Made by a program: the position numbers and the translations under genes. DNA of 63,417 bases, filler included, from Saprolegnia diclina VS20 (lineage: Eukaryota), in the NCBI RefSeq assembly GCF_000281045.1. It is 7 parts of 4 records of this genome, joined end to end, with 100 filler letters (N's around TTAATTAATTAA, not from the genome) between each part and the next. Parts side by side here need not be neighbours in the genome. Positions count along the whole stretch, not along the records: positions 1 to 27,159 come from NW_008246073.1; positions 27,260 to 52,934 come from NW_008246074.1; 5 more parts are not named here. One strand, 5' to 3'. The notes under the pieces are model-generated. The model saw only the letters and a list, made by a program, of their open reading frames with translations, was not told where the DNA came from and made no database searches. Shown piece after piece: positions 24,248 through 37,340 of the stretch (within the stretch, counting starts at the first letter, position 1; each line of letters starts with the position of its first letter).

Positions 24248-25157
24248 TTACTGCGGCACGGCCGTCTTGACCGAGCCGTCGGCTTGGCCAAAGAAGGCTT
24301 TGGACGCCATGTGGCAGAAGAGACCGACTTCCACGACACCCGGGAGCAGCTTGAGCGTCTGGTTGAGCGTCGCGGGGTCCTGGACAATGCCAAACTACAG
24401 ACGAAGCATGAGTACCCTTGCATAACACTTTGGGATTTGAGTACGTGGGTGTCGAGGATGAAGTTGCCGTTGTCTGTGATGACGGGGCCGGCCTTGGCCT
24501 TGGCCATGCGCAGAACGGGCGACCCGCCGAGCTCCTTGAGCTTGTGCGTAAGCGGAACGTACGCGAGGGGCACGACCTCGACGGGGATGCCCTGGATCCA
24601 CTGCTCGCCAAGGAACGTCGACTCCTTGCGGTAGTCGGCGACAATGACAAACTTCTTGGCGTTGAAGATGACAATCTTCTCCTGGAGATGGCAGCCGCCA
24701 CCGCCCTTGATGCAGTTGAGCTGCGTGTCGACCTCGTCGGCGCCGTCAATCGCAATGTCAATGACCGGATGCGAGTCAAAGTTGGTCAAGTTGAGGCCAT
24801 GCTGCGCAATGAGCTACAACACCATGCGAGATGCTTCGACCGTTGCGGAGGTGGCAGCGCGCATACCTGCGACGCTTGGAACGACGACGGGATGCACGAG
24901 ATCTGGAGGCCTTCTTCCTTGATGCGCTCGCCAAGGCGCTCGGCAGCGTAGACAACCGTCGAGCCTACATGCCAGCATGAGCCTCCCATCATGGCAGGAT
25001 GGTCGACGACGTACCGCTGCCAATGCCAACGACATCGCCCGACTTGACGAACTCATCGACGGCGGCGCGGGCGGCCTGCAGAGAGCATAAGGGTAAGCGC
25101 ATGTGCATAGAGCCAATGTCGTCTTACCAGGCGCTTGGCATCTTCGACTCCGGACAT
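24248..25157 (-). CDS. RPIA: Ribose-5-phosphate isomerase A
   Basis: Spliced product [19 protein letters not shown]...VGIGSGSTVVY...[11 protein letters not shown]...[14 protein letters not shown]...[12 protein letters not shown]...PGVVEVGLF. Several short introns, e.g. 25127-25076. Confidence 0.95.
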
Positions 25158-25170
25158 GAGGATGGACTTG

Positions 25171-25187
25171 GCGAATTGCGGAATGAG
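25171..25187 (-). promoter_or_regulatory. Oomycete Inr+FPR core promoter
   Basis: Minus strand reads CTCATTCCGCAATTCGC, 13 nt upstream of the RPIA ATG; near-consensus oomycete Inr/FPR. Confidence 0.75.
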
Positions 25188-25769
25188 GCGCATGTCGGAA
25201 ATGCGACAGCAGTGCGGTGCCCACCACCCTGCGAAACTACTCTATTATATTACACATTTGTTTTTTTAATTACCTTGCTATTTGTATGTGGATGCCGTTG
25301 ACGATAAAAAAAGAGCGATGTCGAATAAAAATGCAGCCAATCCTAGACGTCGGTTAGCAAATTAGCCAATCGTCGCCCGGCCATGGATACACGCGTGGGT
25401 AATGCAGGGTGAAATTCAAGGACACGGTGGTTTTTACGTGAACACCCATGTGTGCAAGCTGCAAACGGCGTGGGAAATGGCAATTCACACATTGAAGCGC
25501 CTGTTGATGATGTATCAAATGCGTGGCCACGATGAAATCGCCACATCAACGGTATCTGCTTGGCGACGAAGCAATAAGTAAGAGGACTTTATACCATGAT
25601 TTCAGGATATTCTACGTTTCTAAAGCATTTCAGGGCGATTGTACAGAATGTCGAACGAGATTGTTTGGAGTGCTCGATCATGTTGAAGAGAAAGGTGTAA
25701 AGGTGTCGATCCGACGACGACAAACAAGGTCGCCTCCACAATCGACAAACAAATCTGACGAACGAATAT

Positions 25770-26935
25770 AGATGGGCGAATGTTCAAAGCCGTGCAGCGG
25801 CGCAGTGTGGCCACGGTCGAGCTGCTCCTGCGCCAACGCCGCATCCACGTCAACCAGACCACCACCATAGTATACCTTTTGGGTATGTGAGTGGTCTGTT
25901 GACGGACTGCATAGGGCAACGAGACGCCGCCAATGGTTGTTGTACGGCTGCATGCCCTCGCCATCGTCGAGCTTTTGCTTGGAAATGGCGCCGTCAAGGA
26001 GCTTTGTGCACCTCTTGATGGACTTGTACAACGTGGAATGACGGCCATTAGAACAACGCACCGCTCATGATTGCACTCCGGCGTGACTGCACCGACATTG
26101 AGGTGGCGCTCGAGACTCGCAACGTCTTGGACGTGCACTACGACGACAGTTTCGGCGTTGGTGTCTCTGGCCAAGTGTATCAGTTCAGCGACCGGTCGAT
26201 TTGGACCGAAATCTGACGACTCTCTTTGTATAGCATAGAAATGGAATAACGGAGGTGCTTACTAGTACTTGCTACGGTAGCCTTCGCTCTGAGCATATTG
26301 TGGAGCTTCGACACGTCGACATCAACTCGAACGATCAGCGCGTGTTGGCCCTAGAGTCCATGACCATGAACTTGCGCCAGCGCTTGGAACTCGAAAGAAA
26401 CGAGCTTTTGCTTGCGCAGAAGGGCCCTTGACGGCAAGAGCACATCGCCGCCCGACTCGCTCTGGATGTCGCCAAAGGCCTATCCTTCCTGCACTCACAG
26501 AAGGTTGTTTACTGCAACCGCAAGTCTGCCTATATTCTCCTCGATGAAAAAGACGGTGTCCAGCTCTCCGACTTGGCAGCAGTGAGCACAATGTGCCCGA
26601 TCGGAAATCTCGAATTAAACGGCACCGCACAGTGTATGGCGCCCGAGCTCACGGGCCTCCGAGCCACCGTACCATCCGACGCCTCGGACGTCTATGCGTT
26701 TGGCATCCTCCTCACAGAGTTCGATGCCAACACCAGCGAGGTCCCATACGTAAACGTTGGTTACGAAAGCCCCCATGCGCTTTGAGAACAAGTCCGATCC
26801 GGTTTGCGTCCCGTCCTCCAAGACGACTGCCCTTCATGATTCCGCGAGCTGGCGGTTCAGTGCATGGCGACGGCTCCGAGCGCCCGCCCCGTGGTGTCGA
26901 CAATATCATCGACACTTTGTAGAAGAACTTGCGCG
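25770..26935 (+). pseudogene. Decayed ankyrin-repeat + TKL protein kinase gene
   Basis: Frameshifted fragments: ankyrin-like (VATVELLLRQRRIHVNQ; NETPPMVVV...IVELLLGNGA) and kinase-like (LALDVAKGLSFLHSQK; ILLDEKDGVQLSD; GTAQCMAPEL; SDVYAFGILLTEFD). The HRD region is disrupted. Confidence 0.75.
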
Positions 26936-27203
26936 ACATTTCGTAGTAAATCATACTAGTAGTTTATTCAAACAGTTAAAGCTGGAGCAGCTGATGCTCC
27001 AAGGTGTGAATGATGTCAGCCACAGTAGGGCGAGCATTTGGCTTAGCGGCCATGCACGCGATCGCAAGGTCCCGGTACCACGCGGGGCAGTCGTCTCGCA
27101 GTGCGGGTCGACGACCACCTTGGACGGCATTCCAAAGCGCATATTGGCTCACGTAGCCGNNNNNNNNNNNNNNNNNNNNNNNNNNNNNNNNNNNNNNNNN
27201 NNN

Positions 27204-27215
27204 TTAATTAATTAA
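27204..27215. other. Artificial contig-joining linker TTAATTAATTAA within N runs (also at 52979, 56154, 58358, 60556, 62308)
   Basis: Identical six-frame-stop 12-mer centred in ~100-nt N blocks at six places. Confidence 0.95.
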
Positions 27216-28948
27216 NNNNNNNNNNNNNNNNNNNNNNNNNNNNNNNNNNNNNNNNNNNNTAGCCTGGAGTCGACGAGCTGGACCCGTGCGGCAGCTCCAT
27301 GCAACACCGTCATTCCAAAGCAACGCAGTTTTCTTTATTCAGCAAACAACAAACCTCTTCTATTACGACACATCGATTCCATCGACCGAGTGCACTTCGT
27401 TGTGTGGTCCAGCACCGTCGGTCGCCGCTCGTCCTGGATATCGGGACCAGCATCATACAGAACGTTGGCCGTCCCCGTCCTGCCTTGCGCTACGACCTTG
27501 GAAAATGAGCGGCGGGATAGCGGAACCGTTTGCTTGTCGAGAATGGCACTCGCATTGATATAGATGCAGGCAATATCGGCTGCAAGGCCGCGTCAATTGC
27601 CGTTGCATGGACAACTGTTTGCAGCGACAAATGACAGCGTTGCCAGCAACCGCCGGAGGAGCGCGTTGGCATCACGAGGTCGGGTTGTGCAAAGATCAGC
27701 TTTCATGTGGTACATACCACACTATATCTGTACTCTTGCGAGCCGCTGGATGTGCCAGCAAACGAGCGGCGCCAGAAAACCATGGACGGCGCGAGCATAT
27801 CCTGGTATAATCTAATTGGACCTGGGATTGGCCGACTGACCGTACGGTACGTACACGTAGTACAATACACAATGTACTATTACATGAAATGTACGGCGCC
27901 AAACAGAAGTGCTCCAAGATCGGGATCGCGCACGGCGGCTTGGTCATCGTTGGCCCGACCCACTTGGAGCGAGGGCAGCGAGAGCCAATGTATCGCGCTT
28001 CACTCTGACCGTGTGCTCTTTTTCACAAAGTCTCGTCTTCTCTTGTAGAGCATGTCAATGTCAATGGACCCAGAGAGTTACATAGGGACATCCAGTTACT
28101 ACGAGACTCGACAATCTAGAACCGACTGCACTTTGCATCGTGTGCGCTGTGGAGGAGGCAATGTGGCTGGCGTGGCGGTGCCGAGAGGGCATTGCGCGAG
28201 TCCAAACTGCAGCATTTGTGCCACATCTTGCGTGGTAATGACACGAATATGCATCTTCCATGTCGCTTTGTAGGAGCAGACTGGACGACGCGTGTGCATG
28301 GTGACTTCTCTCACGGTCCTTGCTTCGATAACCAAAGAGCGATAGAATGTCCGCTGTCGACTCGACATGGCTTGGCCGAAATAGAGTATGTCGACGACCG
28401 ATCCATCTATCCATATCCATCCATACTACCGAATCGACGCTGGGTCTTCTTCGCTCTCTTTCCGGTACCGCAGAATGGAAGCGAGGGCTAGTCAGTATGT
28501 AATTGTCGTGCACCCAGAACGCAGTTCGAAGTGGAAGCAGCCGGAACCAACTGCATTGAACCTCAGCCACGATACACACGCTCAATAATTGCACGCACAA
28601 AGGCGCGTCGTCCGCGACAAGCAAGCACGGCACGGTGCGCTCTGTACTTGCCATGAAGCTGCCCAGCGTAGCAGCTGCTGCTGACCCGATTCAAACATAT
28701 CAGGGTGCGGCGGCTGAGAAATCGAGTACTGGATTTCTGAGCGATTCTGTGTGTTGGTTCTGATCCGACGTCATCGCGACGACGTCGCCGCTGAGTCTGT
28801 CTGCCTCGCGCCACACCGTTCCTTCCGCTCTAAGTCCTCCAGACGTGCTCACAGAGACAGCGTCGTCCGACCAAGTGCTTGGGATAACTAAATGGTTAAA
28901 TTACTAAATAACTACTAAAAGGATGGGATCTACACTAGAAGGAGGGCT

Positions 28949-29785
28949 CTACTCGGCGGCGAGAAGGCGCGCGACATGGTACGGCGTTGGCGCTTCGAGC
29001 AAAAGCACTTGGACAAAGGTCTCGAGGAGGCAGCACATTTGGTGCAAATACTTGATGTCGAGCGACCGGAACCACGTCGAGCGGTCCAGCACGTCCTTCC
29101 ATGCGCGGAGGCTACGGCGGTTGCCGTTGATCTTGAGCGTGTTGACGAAGCGCTTGAACGCTGCGTAGCGCTTCCAGACCGTGTGCGTGGCGTCGCCGAG
29201 GCAGTACTGGATGCAGTACTCGGCGTGGCGATCGCTGCCGTCCGGCATCTCGACGATGCGGAAGCTGCGCAGCGTGATCTTGGCGCCGAGCGGGCGGTGC
29301 GGGCTCAGAAGGCGCATCCACGGGTACGCGCACTCACCAAACGGTGTCTCATACAGAAGGCCCGCGAGCGGCTCGAACGTCTTGAAGACGTCGCGCTTGC
29401 CGTCAATGCCGCCAGAGTACAAGAGCGACTGGAGGTCGCTCGCACCAAACGCTGCGACGCTGTTGGCCTGAAGCTGGTTGTCTTCGTCAATGTCTTCAAA
29501 CCAGCCCCAGCCGCCGTCGTCGACATCGGCCGACGTCGGCTCGTCGACGACGTTCGCATGCAGATCGGTGTAGATCTCATTAAGACTGGACCGGATCGAG
29601 TTGACCGCGCGCTGGACGCGGCGGTCCGTGTCCGAGAGCGCACCGTCCGAGTCGACGGGCGCTGACGACGACCGGCGCACCTTCTCGGTGGGCGGGCGCG
29701 CAGTGGGCGACGCGAGCGCGGGCTTGATGACGGTCGTCGTCGCTTGCAGGAAGGGGTTCATTCGCACACCGCCGGTCGAGAGCAT
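28949..29785 (-). CDS. Hypothetical protein with C-terminal PX-like domain
   Basis: Intronless 278-aa ORF. FRIVE...HAEYCIQY...TVWKRYAAFKRF resembles the PX beta-strands and RRYSxF motif. It also has a GWGWFED acidic motif. Confidence 0.65.
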   Translation of the reverse strand: MLSTGGVRMNPFLQATTTVIKPALASPTARPPTEKVRRSSSAPVDSDGALSDTDRRVQRAVNSIRSSLNEIYTDLHANVVDEPTSADVDDGGWGWFEDIDEDNQLQANSVAAFGASDLQSLLYSGGIDGKRDVFKTFEPLAGLLYETPFGECAYPWMRLLSPHRPLGAKITLRSFRIVEMPDGSDRHAEYCIQYCLGDATHTVWKRYAAFKRFVNTLKINGNRRSLRAWKDVLDRSTWFRSLDIKYLHQMCCLLETFVQVLLLEAPTPYHVARLLAAE

Positions 29786-31380
29786 GCTTCTTCGAGGTGC
29801 ATGTAGTGGTGGAAGGTAGAGGTTGAGTCGTCGACCAAGAGCTTGGTCTTCTCGTGCTTGGAAAATGAAAGAAGTTGCGAGCTTCTCAGGCTGCCACCTG
29901 GTGCGCGCTTCATCTTGGGTTCGGTGCCGCGTGTTGTGTTACACGAGTTGTCCCAGAGACCTCTCTCCCAACTGCTCTCGGGTTAACCATGTGGTTTGTA
30001 TACGAGAGTCTCCTGGACTCTCTTTCCGCGCCTTTGTGGAGAGTCGACGATGCACTTGCGTATAGTATGGTATACACATGTCAAGTCAAAGTCGCAACGG
30101 GGTGCTGACGACTGCAAAACCACTTGGGCGTATCCGGACTCGTGCTTACGTTTGCAGTGGTATTCGATTGGTATCCGGACGCGAGTAGCTCGCGTTTGAA
30201 GTTCAAGGTTTGGTCGGGGTGGGCGCGTTGTATGAGCGTTTGTATAGGCGACTTGCAGTTCGCAAGTTCAAGGCGCGGCTTCAACCCGCTTCCTACGCCT
30301 GTCCCACCCGTCGCCGTCCCACGCCGTGAGCTCGCGCGTCCTGATTGGACCTAAAGGGAGCGAACTTGGCGGCGATGGCCGGCGTGTCATCCGTCAACTC
30401 AAGGGCAATCGCGCAAGGTTGGACAATGGCCACGATCCGCGAGATAGAAAGAAGATCCGAATGTCGTGTCAACGGCGCCTCTGGTCCGCGCCCGGAGGCG
30501 AGATACTCCTCGCCACAAGAAGCGTGCGCTGCCACCTCGTGGTGGTGGCGGGGCGACGAGATGTTGCGCGACGCACTGCTTGAGCTCACCACTTGCAGCT
30601 ACCACCGTTGTCGTCGTCGTCGTGATCTTGGCCGCAAGCGACTGAGAACGACGGACGATAAAGACAGGTCGACTGACGCACGCGTTACGCAGCGGGAGCA
30701 ATGGAATCTTGGTTACCGGTACACGGCTTTCCTTCTCGCAGACCAAAGGGCATTGAATTAGACCTGTCGTGATCACGACCGCTCGTTGCATAAACCTGGC
30801 GCCAGATAAAATTGCGTGCGCTTGGACAAGGTTGTTTTAAGGCGAGAGCAATGGAGATGGATGGACTAAGATTTGGTGCATGTAGGTGCTCAAAGCAGTG
30901 TCTTTGTACAGGCTATTGAGGAGGATGCGAGCCACCCAAGATAGCTCCCACGACGCAGAAAGAGGGCAGTACGATTGTCGTCGTGTCGAACCGCAGTAGC
31001 AAGAGCACGACGGGCCGATTGCGCGAGGCTCTGGCCGAAGAACCGACATCGTTGGATACGCATGCGAGTGTACATTGCATGTGCTTTGGAACGCAAGCAA
31101 AGTGCTACGACATGGCGCAGGCGTAAGGCCGCGACACGACTGCGGGTCGTGCCCCGCTCGCTTGCCCGCCGACCGATTGGCTTGGCAAATTTGAGCGCCA
31201 GCATGAGATTGAGATCCGGCAGGAGAACCCCGTCGCACGCCAGCGCGGCATACTGATTCCAGTCGATCGCATGTAGACCGACTCTGTGCATGCGCTCGTT
31301 GGCGACCGTCTCGATCGCCAGAAGGAGCGACAGCAGTTTGCTGTGTCCCGCAACACCAGCAGCTATTAGCGCTGAACCAT

Positions 31381-31557
31381 TATTGTGATAATCAGCATTT
31401 TTGTCGCCCCGAAATGGGGTCTAATTCGTTGACGTTGTTTTCTACCGGATGCTGCCGGACGAATAATTCGTCCATCCGCCCTGATAATTCGTCCGGATGG
31501 GCGAATAAACAGCTCAGATTAGGCTCAAATCCGCCAAAAACGCTGATTATCACAATA
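31381..31557. mobile_element. MITE (Tc1/mariner/pogo-type non-autonomous DNA transposon), coordinates including flanking TA
   Basis: Inverted repeat TATTGTGATAATCAGC(A/G)TTTTTG at 31381-31403 and 31535-31557 (22/23 match), with the outer TA as a putative target-site duplication. No coding capacity. Confidence 0.75.
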
Positions 31558-32227
31558 TACACAAATTGTACTATGTGAGAGTGGAGAGTGTTTGGCGAGA
31601 GGCAGCTGCGAGAGGCATGACAACTTCAATGGCAGCATGCGAGTGAGCGAGAGGACTCGAGAGACGGGCAAGAGGCGGTAGTATTACGTGTCGCACGCCA
31701 TGCCGACGAGCCCGCGCAAAATGCAGTCGCGAGTCGTGGTCATCCACGCCTCTGCCAGAGCATGTGACGACACGCTACGCAGCGCAATCGTCTCAATGGC
31801 CCATATCTGTCCATGTACGCTCGAAAGCGATGATGCTACAACCGTTCGCATCTGCATGATAGCGGTTGTCGATCTTTCACTGGGAGAGCGCGACAATTTT
31901 CGCTGTTCCAGGTTCTTCTCTGTACTAGTAGTCGACAAACTGTGTACTAAGGGAAGTAGTGGACAGGCAATGACATCGACCGGGCACTGCGGTATGGGCG
32001 AGTGTGTAGTGTGGAAGCAGTCGCCACGTCGACTTCCTCCCGAGCTACTTCGCAACGTTACGATTCAGGCCACGTTGAGAGCACACGCTGACATCGTTCA
32101 TGCAGCAGATTAGCAGGCATCGTGATTTGAGTAGGCCCTAGATGCCATCACAGCCAAGACTCCGAGCATGCCAGGATCACGAAAGCCAGCGACTGCATGC
32201 ATACATCGAGAGGGCGTGTTCAGACGC

Positions 32228-32653
32228 TCAATCGCTATCGGAATCGGACCCATAGTACCTATCAAGCCCACCGTTCCACGAGTAGTAGCCGCCGACCGGG
32301 TCAAAATGCATGTCGTCGGTCGTGTAGTCGTCGTCGACTCGACGCGTCGCGGTGTGCTGCGTCTCGTGCGTGCGCCGAGCCTGCGCAGGCCGGTCCGTCG
32401 CCACGTCGTCTTCGCGCTCGCGGCGGCGGCCCGAGGCCACGTACGCTTGGAACTCGGCGATCGCTTGCTTGAGCGTGTGGTTGGGCAGGAGCGCCTTCGT
32501 CGCCAGTTTGCAGTTGGTGATCGGACTCGTCTCGTGCGTCTGAAGCCACTTCGCGATCTGCGCGCGCTCGTACGTATGGCCATCGCTCGCGACGACGGGG
32601 TCGACCATCATCTCGTGACCGATCGGGCACCGGAAGGACGCAAGACTCGCCAT
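32228..32653 (-). CDS. Small U-box domain protein (putative E3 ubiquitin ligase)
   Basis: FRCPIGHEMMVDPVVASDGHTYERAQIAKWL...SPITNCKL...LLPNHTLKQAI is a canonical U-box. Confidence 0.88.
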   Translation of the reverse strand: MASLASFRCPIGHEMMVDPVVASDGHTYERAQIAKWLQTHETSPITNCKLATKALLPNHTLKQAIAEFQAYVASGRRREREDDVATDRPAQARRTHETQHTATRRVDDDYTTDDMHFDPVGGYYSWNGGLDRYYGSDSDSD

Positions 32654-33024
32654 CGCTCAATCTCAATCGACGAAATATTCTTAGAGGTGGTTTGTATCAG
32701 TATTTGTGGACCAATGAATGCCGCGTATCTCTTGATACCTCGGTATGATTGGTCAAAATAAGAAAATTTACCCAATAGCGCCTTCGGACGTGTCAAGTGC
32801 CCACAAGCTTCCAGAACCAAGCAGGAGCTGCTAACGTTAGATCAGTATTGCCCACTGCAGGGCGACTGCGTCGTCCGAGGCTTGAACTTTGTCTATGCGA
32901 GAGAGGAACCCCGCTATGTGTGCCAATACCGCCGGGAAGGCAGTGCTTGGAGGCTCGCAAAAATGCATGCCAGGATGTGGCCGATCTCATCTTACTACGT
33001 ACAGTATATCTCTACGATCGACTC

Positions 33025-34498
33025 TCACGGCCGTATGCACGGCGCCACTGGCTCATGCAGCTCAAGGTCGATCACCACGGCGGCCGGAGGCAGGAGATGC
33101 ATGCACTCGGGGTCGCTGGCGGCCTCTACGGGTGCGACGACGAGCAGACGCAAACCGACGCCCACTAGGATCGCGGCGCCACACACGGCGAGCGTCGTCG
33201 TGTTGAGACACACTTGGTTGACAACAATGAACCCGCCAAGAGCAATCGGGATGACCATGGCGACGCTCAGCGCAGGCGTCGAGAGGCCCACTAGGCAACA
33301 TGTCATCGCACGTTTGAATCTCTTCGTCAGCGCATTACCTTGGAAGGGACGGGGGAGGTCGGGATATGTGTAGCGGAGGCGCAAGGCGGCTACGCTCTCC
33401 ACCAATTGCGTCAGCGACGAGAGGCCGTTCGTGATCCCCAAAATCGTGCTAAAGTCGACGAGACACATGCCGACGCTGATGGCGAGGATGCAGAGAATGG
33501 CTCGGTGCGGTGTCCCCGCGGGCCCCGTGCGCCTATTTGAGTACCTGGTGCGCACAGTCTATGAATTCAACGTACTTGGCAAAGCAAACTGGCGCGAGAC
33601 CCATGTCGGCCATGCCGGCGAGGCGGTACCCGTTGGCGGTCGTCTCGGCCAAGTAGAGCCCAAAGCTGCTGGCGGTGTTGGAGAGCGCGATCCATGTGCC
33701 AAGACCCGCACCGCCGATCGCAGTCGCAATGACTGGGTACCTGCCATCGCTCCACGTACGGTAGTCGGGGTCGTTGACGCCCGCGGCCGCCAATAGTGGC
33801 AGCAAGTACGATGCGATCGTCATCGCCAGCGCCAAGCCCATTGCCCGCGGAAACGTCCGCGTCGGGTCGGCGACCGCGCCGGCGTACGCGCCGGTCGCAT
33901 CAAAACCGCGAAAGTTCCAGCAAAGGAGACCAAGCAGTTGCGTCCAGTTGGGGTCTGGCCGCATGACCATCCAATTGGCGACGTCCATCCGGGGCAGCGC
34001 TACGACGCAGAGAAGCGCGAATGGCGTCAAGATGAAGACCGAGAGGTACACGAGCGCATGGCCGACGAGCTGGATGCCAAGGAGCGACGGGATCGTAAAG
34101 ACCAATGCGACGCCGAGGCGGTAGAGCGTACGTGGCAGCCACGCCACGTCGGGCGAGACAAACGTGTCGACCACCAAGCAAGGGTAGACGGTCGCGTCGA
34201 CGACGCTGGCGAGCCAGGACCAGTAGCCGACGAAAAAGCCCATGGAGGGCCCAAGCGCGAGGCCGACCCACGTGCAAAAGCTGCTGTCGACGGGAAACGC
34301 GCTGCAGAGCTCGGCAAAGAGCATCGTCGTCGGGAATGAATAGACGATGGGAAAGACGAGCAGCGCTACAAGTCCGATGAGCGGCCCGCACGACGAGACG
34401 AGCGCTTCGCTGCCGAACGGGCCGGCGCAGACGCTAAAGTACGTGAGCAGCGCGACGGCGACGACGCCGAGGTCGCGCCTCGAGGCTTCGAGGTGCAT
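33025..34498 (-). CDS. APC-superfamily polyamine/amino acid transporter (LAT/PUT-like)
   Basis: TM1 YFSVCAGPFGSEALV, AELCSAFP, GFFVGYWSW, WNFRGFD, PTRTFPRA, YPDLPRPF. Short introns near 33570-33532 and 33337-33290. Confidence 0.85.
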
Positions 34499-34909
34499 GG
34501 TGCTGCTGCTGCAATGCAAGGTCAACTAGGCCGCACGTGGTATCCGGCTCAAAGATACGCTGTCCTACTTTGACCATGCAGTGTAAATTCGGACTTGTAA
34601 GCCTCGCTTCAGGGCTTTTGCCTTATTTTAGTCTCCGATCAGGATTTAGGTGTGGGATCCACAGCGGCCTTGTCCGCGCAGAGGGCATCCCCGAGCGATC
34701 GGTGAAGCATCCTTGACGCCTCCGTGGGAACTCTCAGCGGGTGGTCGGCGTTCGAAGGTACACTGTACTACCATTACCGTTGGCGTTGGCGCTGATGTAA
34801 TGGCGCCTAATTAGGATACGTGGCTATTTGGGTCACATCTAAAAATAGGGTTTTTTGATGGGCATCGGGCATGGTTTGCACTTGGCATCCGGCGTTCAAC
34901 GTGACGAGC

Positions 34910-37340
34910 ATGCGATCGTGGATGCTAGGACCATTGCTGCTGCTGGGCGGGGTTTCGAGCCTGCGCTTTGATGGCTGGTACAACTGCAGCGAAGGCACGT
35001 TCTGGTCGCGCCGGGTACCGGCATCAGCGCGCCTGCTCGAGGAGCTCGTTGCGCCCTTCGCCGATGTGAGCGCAGTCCCAGCAACGGCGCAGTGTGGCCT
35101 GTATTTTTTGCCGCTGTGCTACAAAGGTGTGTGCACCAGTGACAAGTCAATTCCCGTGTTTGTCAAGCGCCTGCCGGCCACGAGCTCGCCTCGCACGGCC
35201 AAAGTGCTTTGGGTTCTTCAGGGCGGCCCCGGCGCGTCGTCCGTCAACAGTAGGCAACCTACTCAGCCCACGTCCCTCGACACATGCGATTGATGTATAG
35301 TGGAACCGCTCATGATCGAGCTTTACGAGCGACTGCAGCGGACAGTCACGGTCATGACGATGGATCATCGGGGCACGGGCCGCAGCTCCCGCCTCGAGTG
35401 CCAAGCAGCCCAGGCCATGACACGCGGAAGCCCAAGAGGCTCCTCGATTGCGATATCCGAGCTCCCCGACTGCCTCCGTGATATCAACTTTGTCTACGGT
35501 ACACTCGTATTTCAACAAACATGGCATCAGGAACGACGTCTAGGCGCTGGAAATGCTGCTGGTTTCTCGGTCACGAGCGCGGCGCGCGATATCTTGACCG
35601 TCGTCGACAGTGACCAGTCGAAACAAGAGGTAGATGCATGTGGCTTTCCCACCTTTGCATTAACCCTTCTCCTTCTAGGTCTACTTGTACGGTGTGAGCT
35701 ACGGAACGCTCTGGGTCGAGCGCACGATAGCGATTCAGAACGCACAGCCAACGACGGGCGCCAACATCCGCGGCTACGTCCTCGACGGCATTGTGCCCCA
35801 TTCGGGCCCTGTCCGCCTCTTCTTCCACGACTGGGACCGCGATATGAGCAACGTCGGCGTGCAGTTTCTCGACTTGTGCCGACAGGACGCTTACTGTCGG
35901 TCGAAATTCACCAACCAGACACTGCCCGCCACCGTTGCAGCGCTGTACCGCGACGTGGCGGCCGAGAGCACTGGCTGCGCGTACGATGTGATGCACGACA
36001 CTGTGTGACTCATGGTCTTGTCGCGTAGGACGCTAGTCAACACCGAGTTGGGCGGTCTCGGCGGACTGAAAACCATCTTTGGCTCGCTTCTCATGCATTC
36101 GACGTTGCGGCTCCTCATCCCGATCGTGGTATATCGCCTCGCGCGCTGTCGGTCCGACGACATGGAGGTGGCTCCGACGACTTGTAGTGGCGTTGATGGA
36201 CGACGATCTATGCACAGGTTGTCGTTCGAATCTTCGATTTCTTGTCTGCGCGCGGCTACTTGGGCACCAGTGACGACGACGACGACGCGCTCGACTCGGA
36301 GATTCTCTACGCGACGGTCGCCTACGGCGAGATGTGGAACAAGCAGGCGCCGCCTTCGTACGATTCGATCAAGGAGGTAGGCGCCTTGTAGATGCGACGC
36401 GGTGTGCACACATGCATGCTAGCAATTTGAGTCGGGGGTCATGGGGCTCAAGGAGTACACGCAGTTTCCGTACTACTGCATGTACACGGCATCAACATCG
36501 AGCGACTGCCTTCGGTTCACCGTACGTCCCCATCGTTCTGCAACCTCATACAGGTGTATCGTCGCGACTAGGCTTCGCTCAATGTCTCGTGGAGCTATCC
36601 GCTCGACCGCTACGACAACCAGCCGGTGCGTTTTCGAGCCAGCCCTTCACTAGTCAATACGCTACTGTAGCTGCGCATACCGAAAGGCGCGAGTGTGCTG
36701 CTCCTGAACGGCGGTATGGACCCGCAGACGCCACTGCACGCGGCACAGAGTCAATTCGAGCAGCTCCAAGGGACACAGAAGAAGCTCCTGACGTTTCCGT
36801 ACGCCCCCCACGCCATTTCGTACGTCACGTGGATGCACGGGGTACTGCCAAAACGTCGTATTATCAAGACGACGTCATCATGACTGTGAATAGCGCGCTT
36901 CGACGTGTGGCGCAGAGCTCATTCTGTCGTATGTACGCGTCGGCGGCGCGCTTGCTGCGCTCGACACGTCGTGCACGAGATATGTTTTGAGGTTCACATT
37001 CGAGCTCACGGCGGCGTCGGGCCGGCTCCTCGCGGGCGTCAACGACCTCTACGACGGCGTCCCGACAACAATCTCTGTGCCCGTCAACGTCACCAAGCTG
37101 GAACCGGTGACACCACCTCCGCCCACCACCATGCCATCAACCACAAATTCGACGTCGATCGATGTGGGCGCGTCGCCCGTTGCCACGTCTTCGGGTGGTC
37201 ATTTCGGGGATTCGATGGCGGGGCTCTTTGGCTGTCTCTTTGTTGTTGCCGCCGTCGTGGCCGTCAAGTTGTACCGTGAGAACAAGGCGCTGCGAGAGCT
37301 GCATGTTGAGCTTTGTGATGAAGCGGATAACGCCGCCTAG
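34910..37340 (+). CDS. Secreted/membrane-anchored alpha/beta-hydrolase (oomycete serine protease family S33-like)
   Basis: Signal peptide; LQGGPGASS, TMDHRGTGRS, nucleophile YGVSYGT, VLDGIV, LLNGGMDPQTP and FPYAPHA motifs; Thr/Pro linker and C-terminal TM helix. Many short introns. Confidence 0.85.

Noticed and set aside
25500..25620. Minus-strand HGIKSSYLLL…, a possible second kinase relic
   Set aside because: Too short and degenerate to support.
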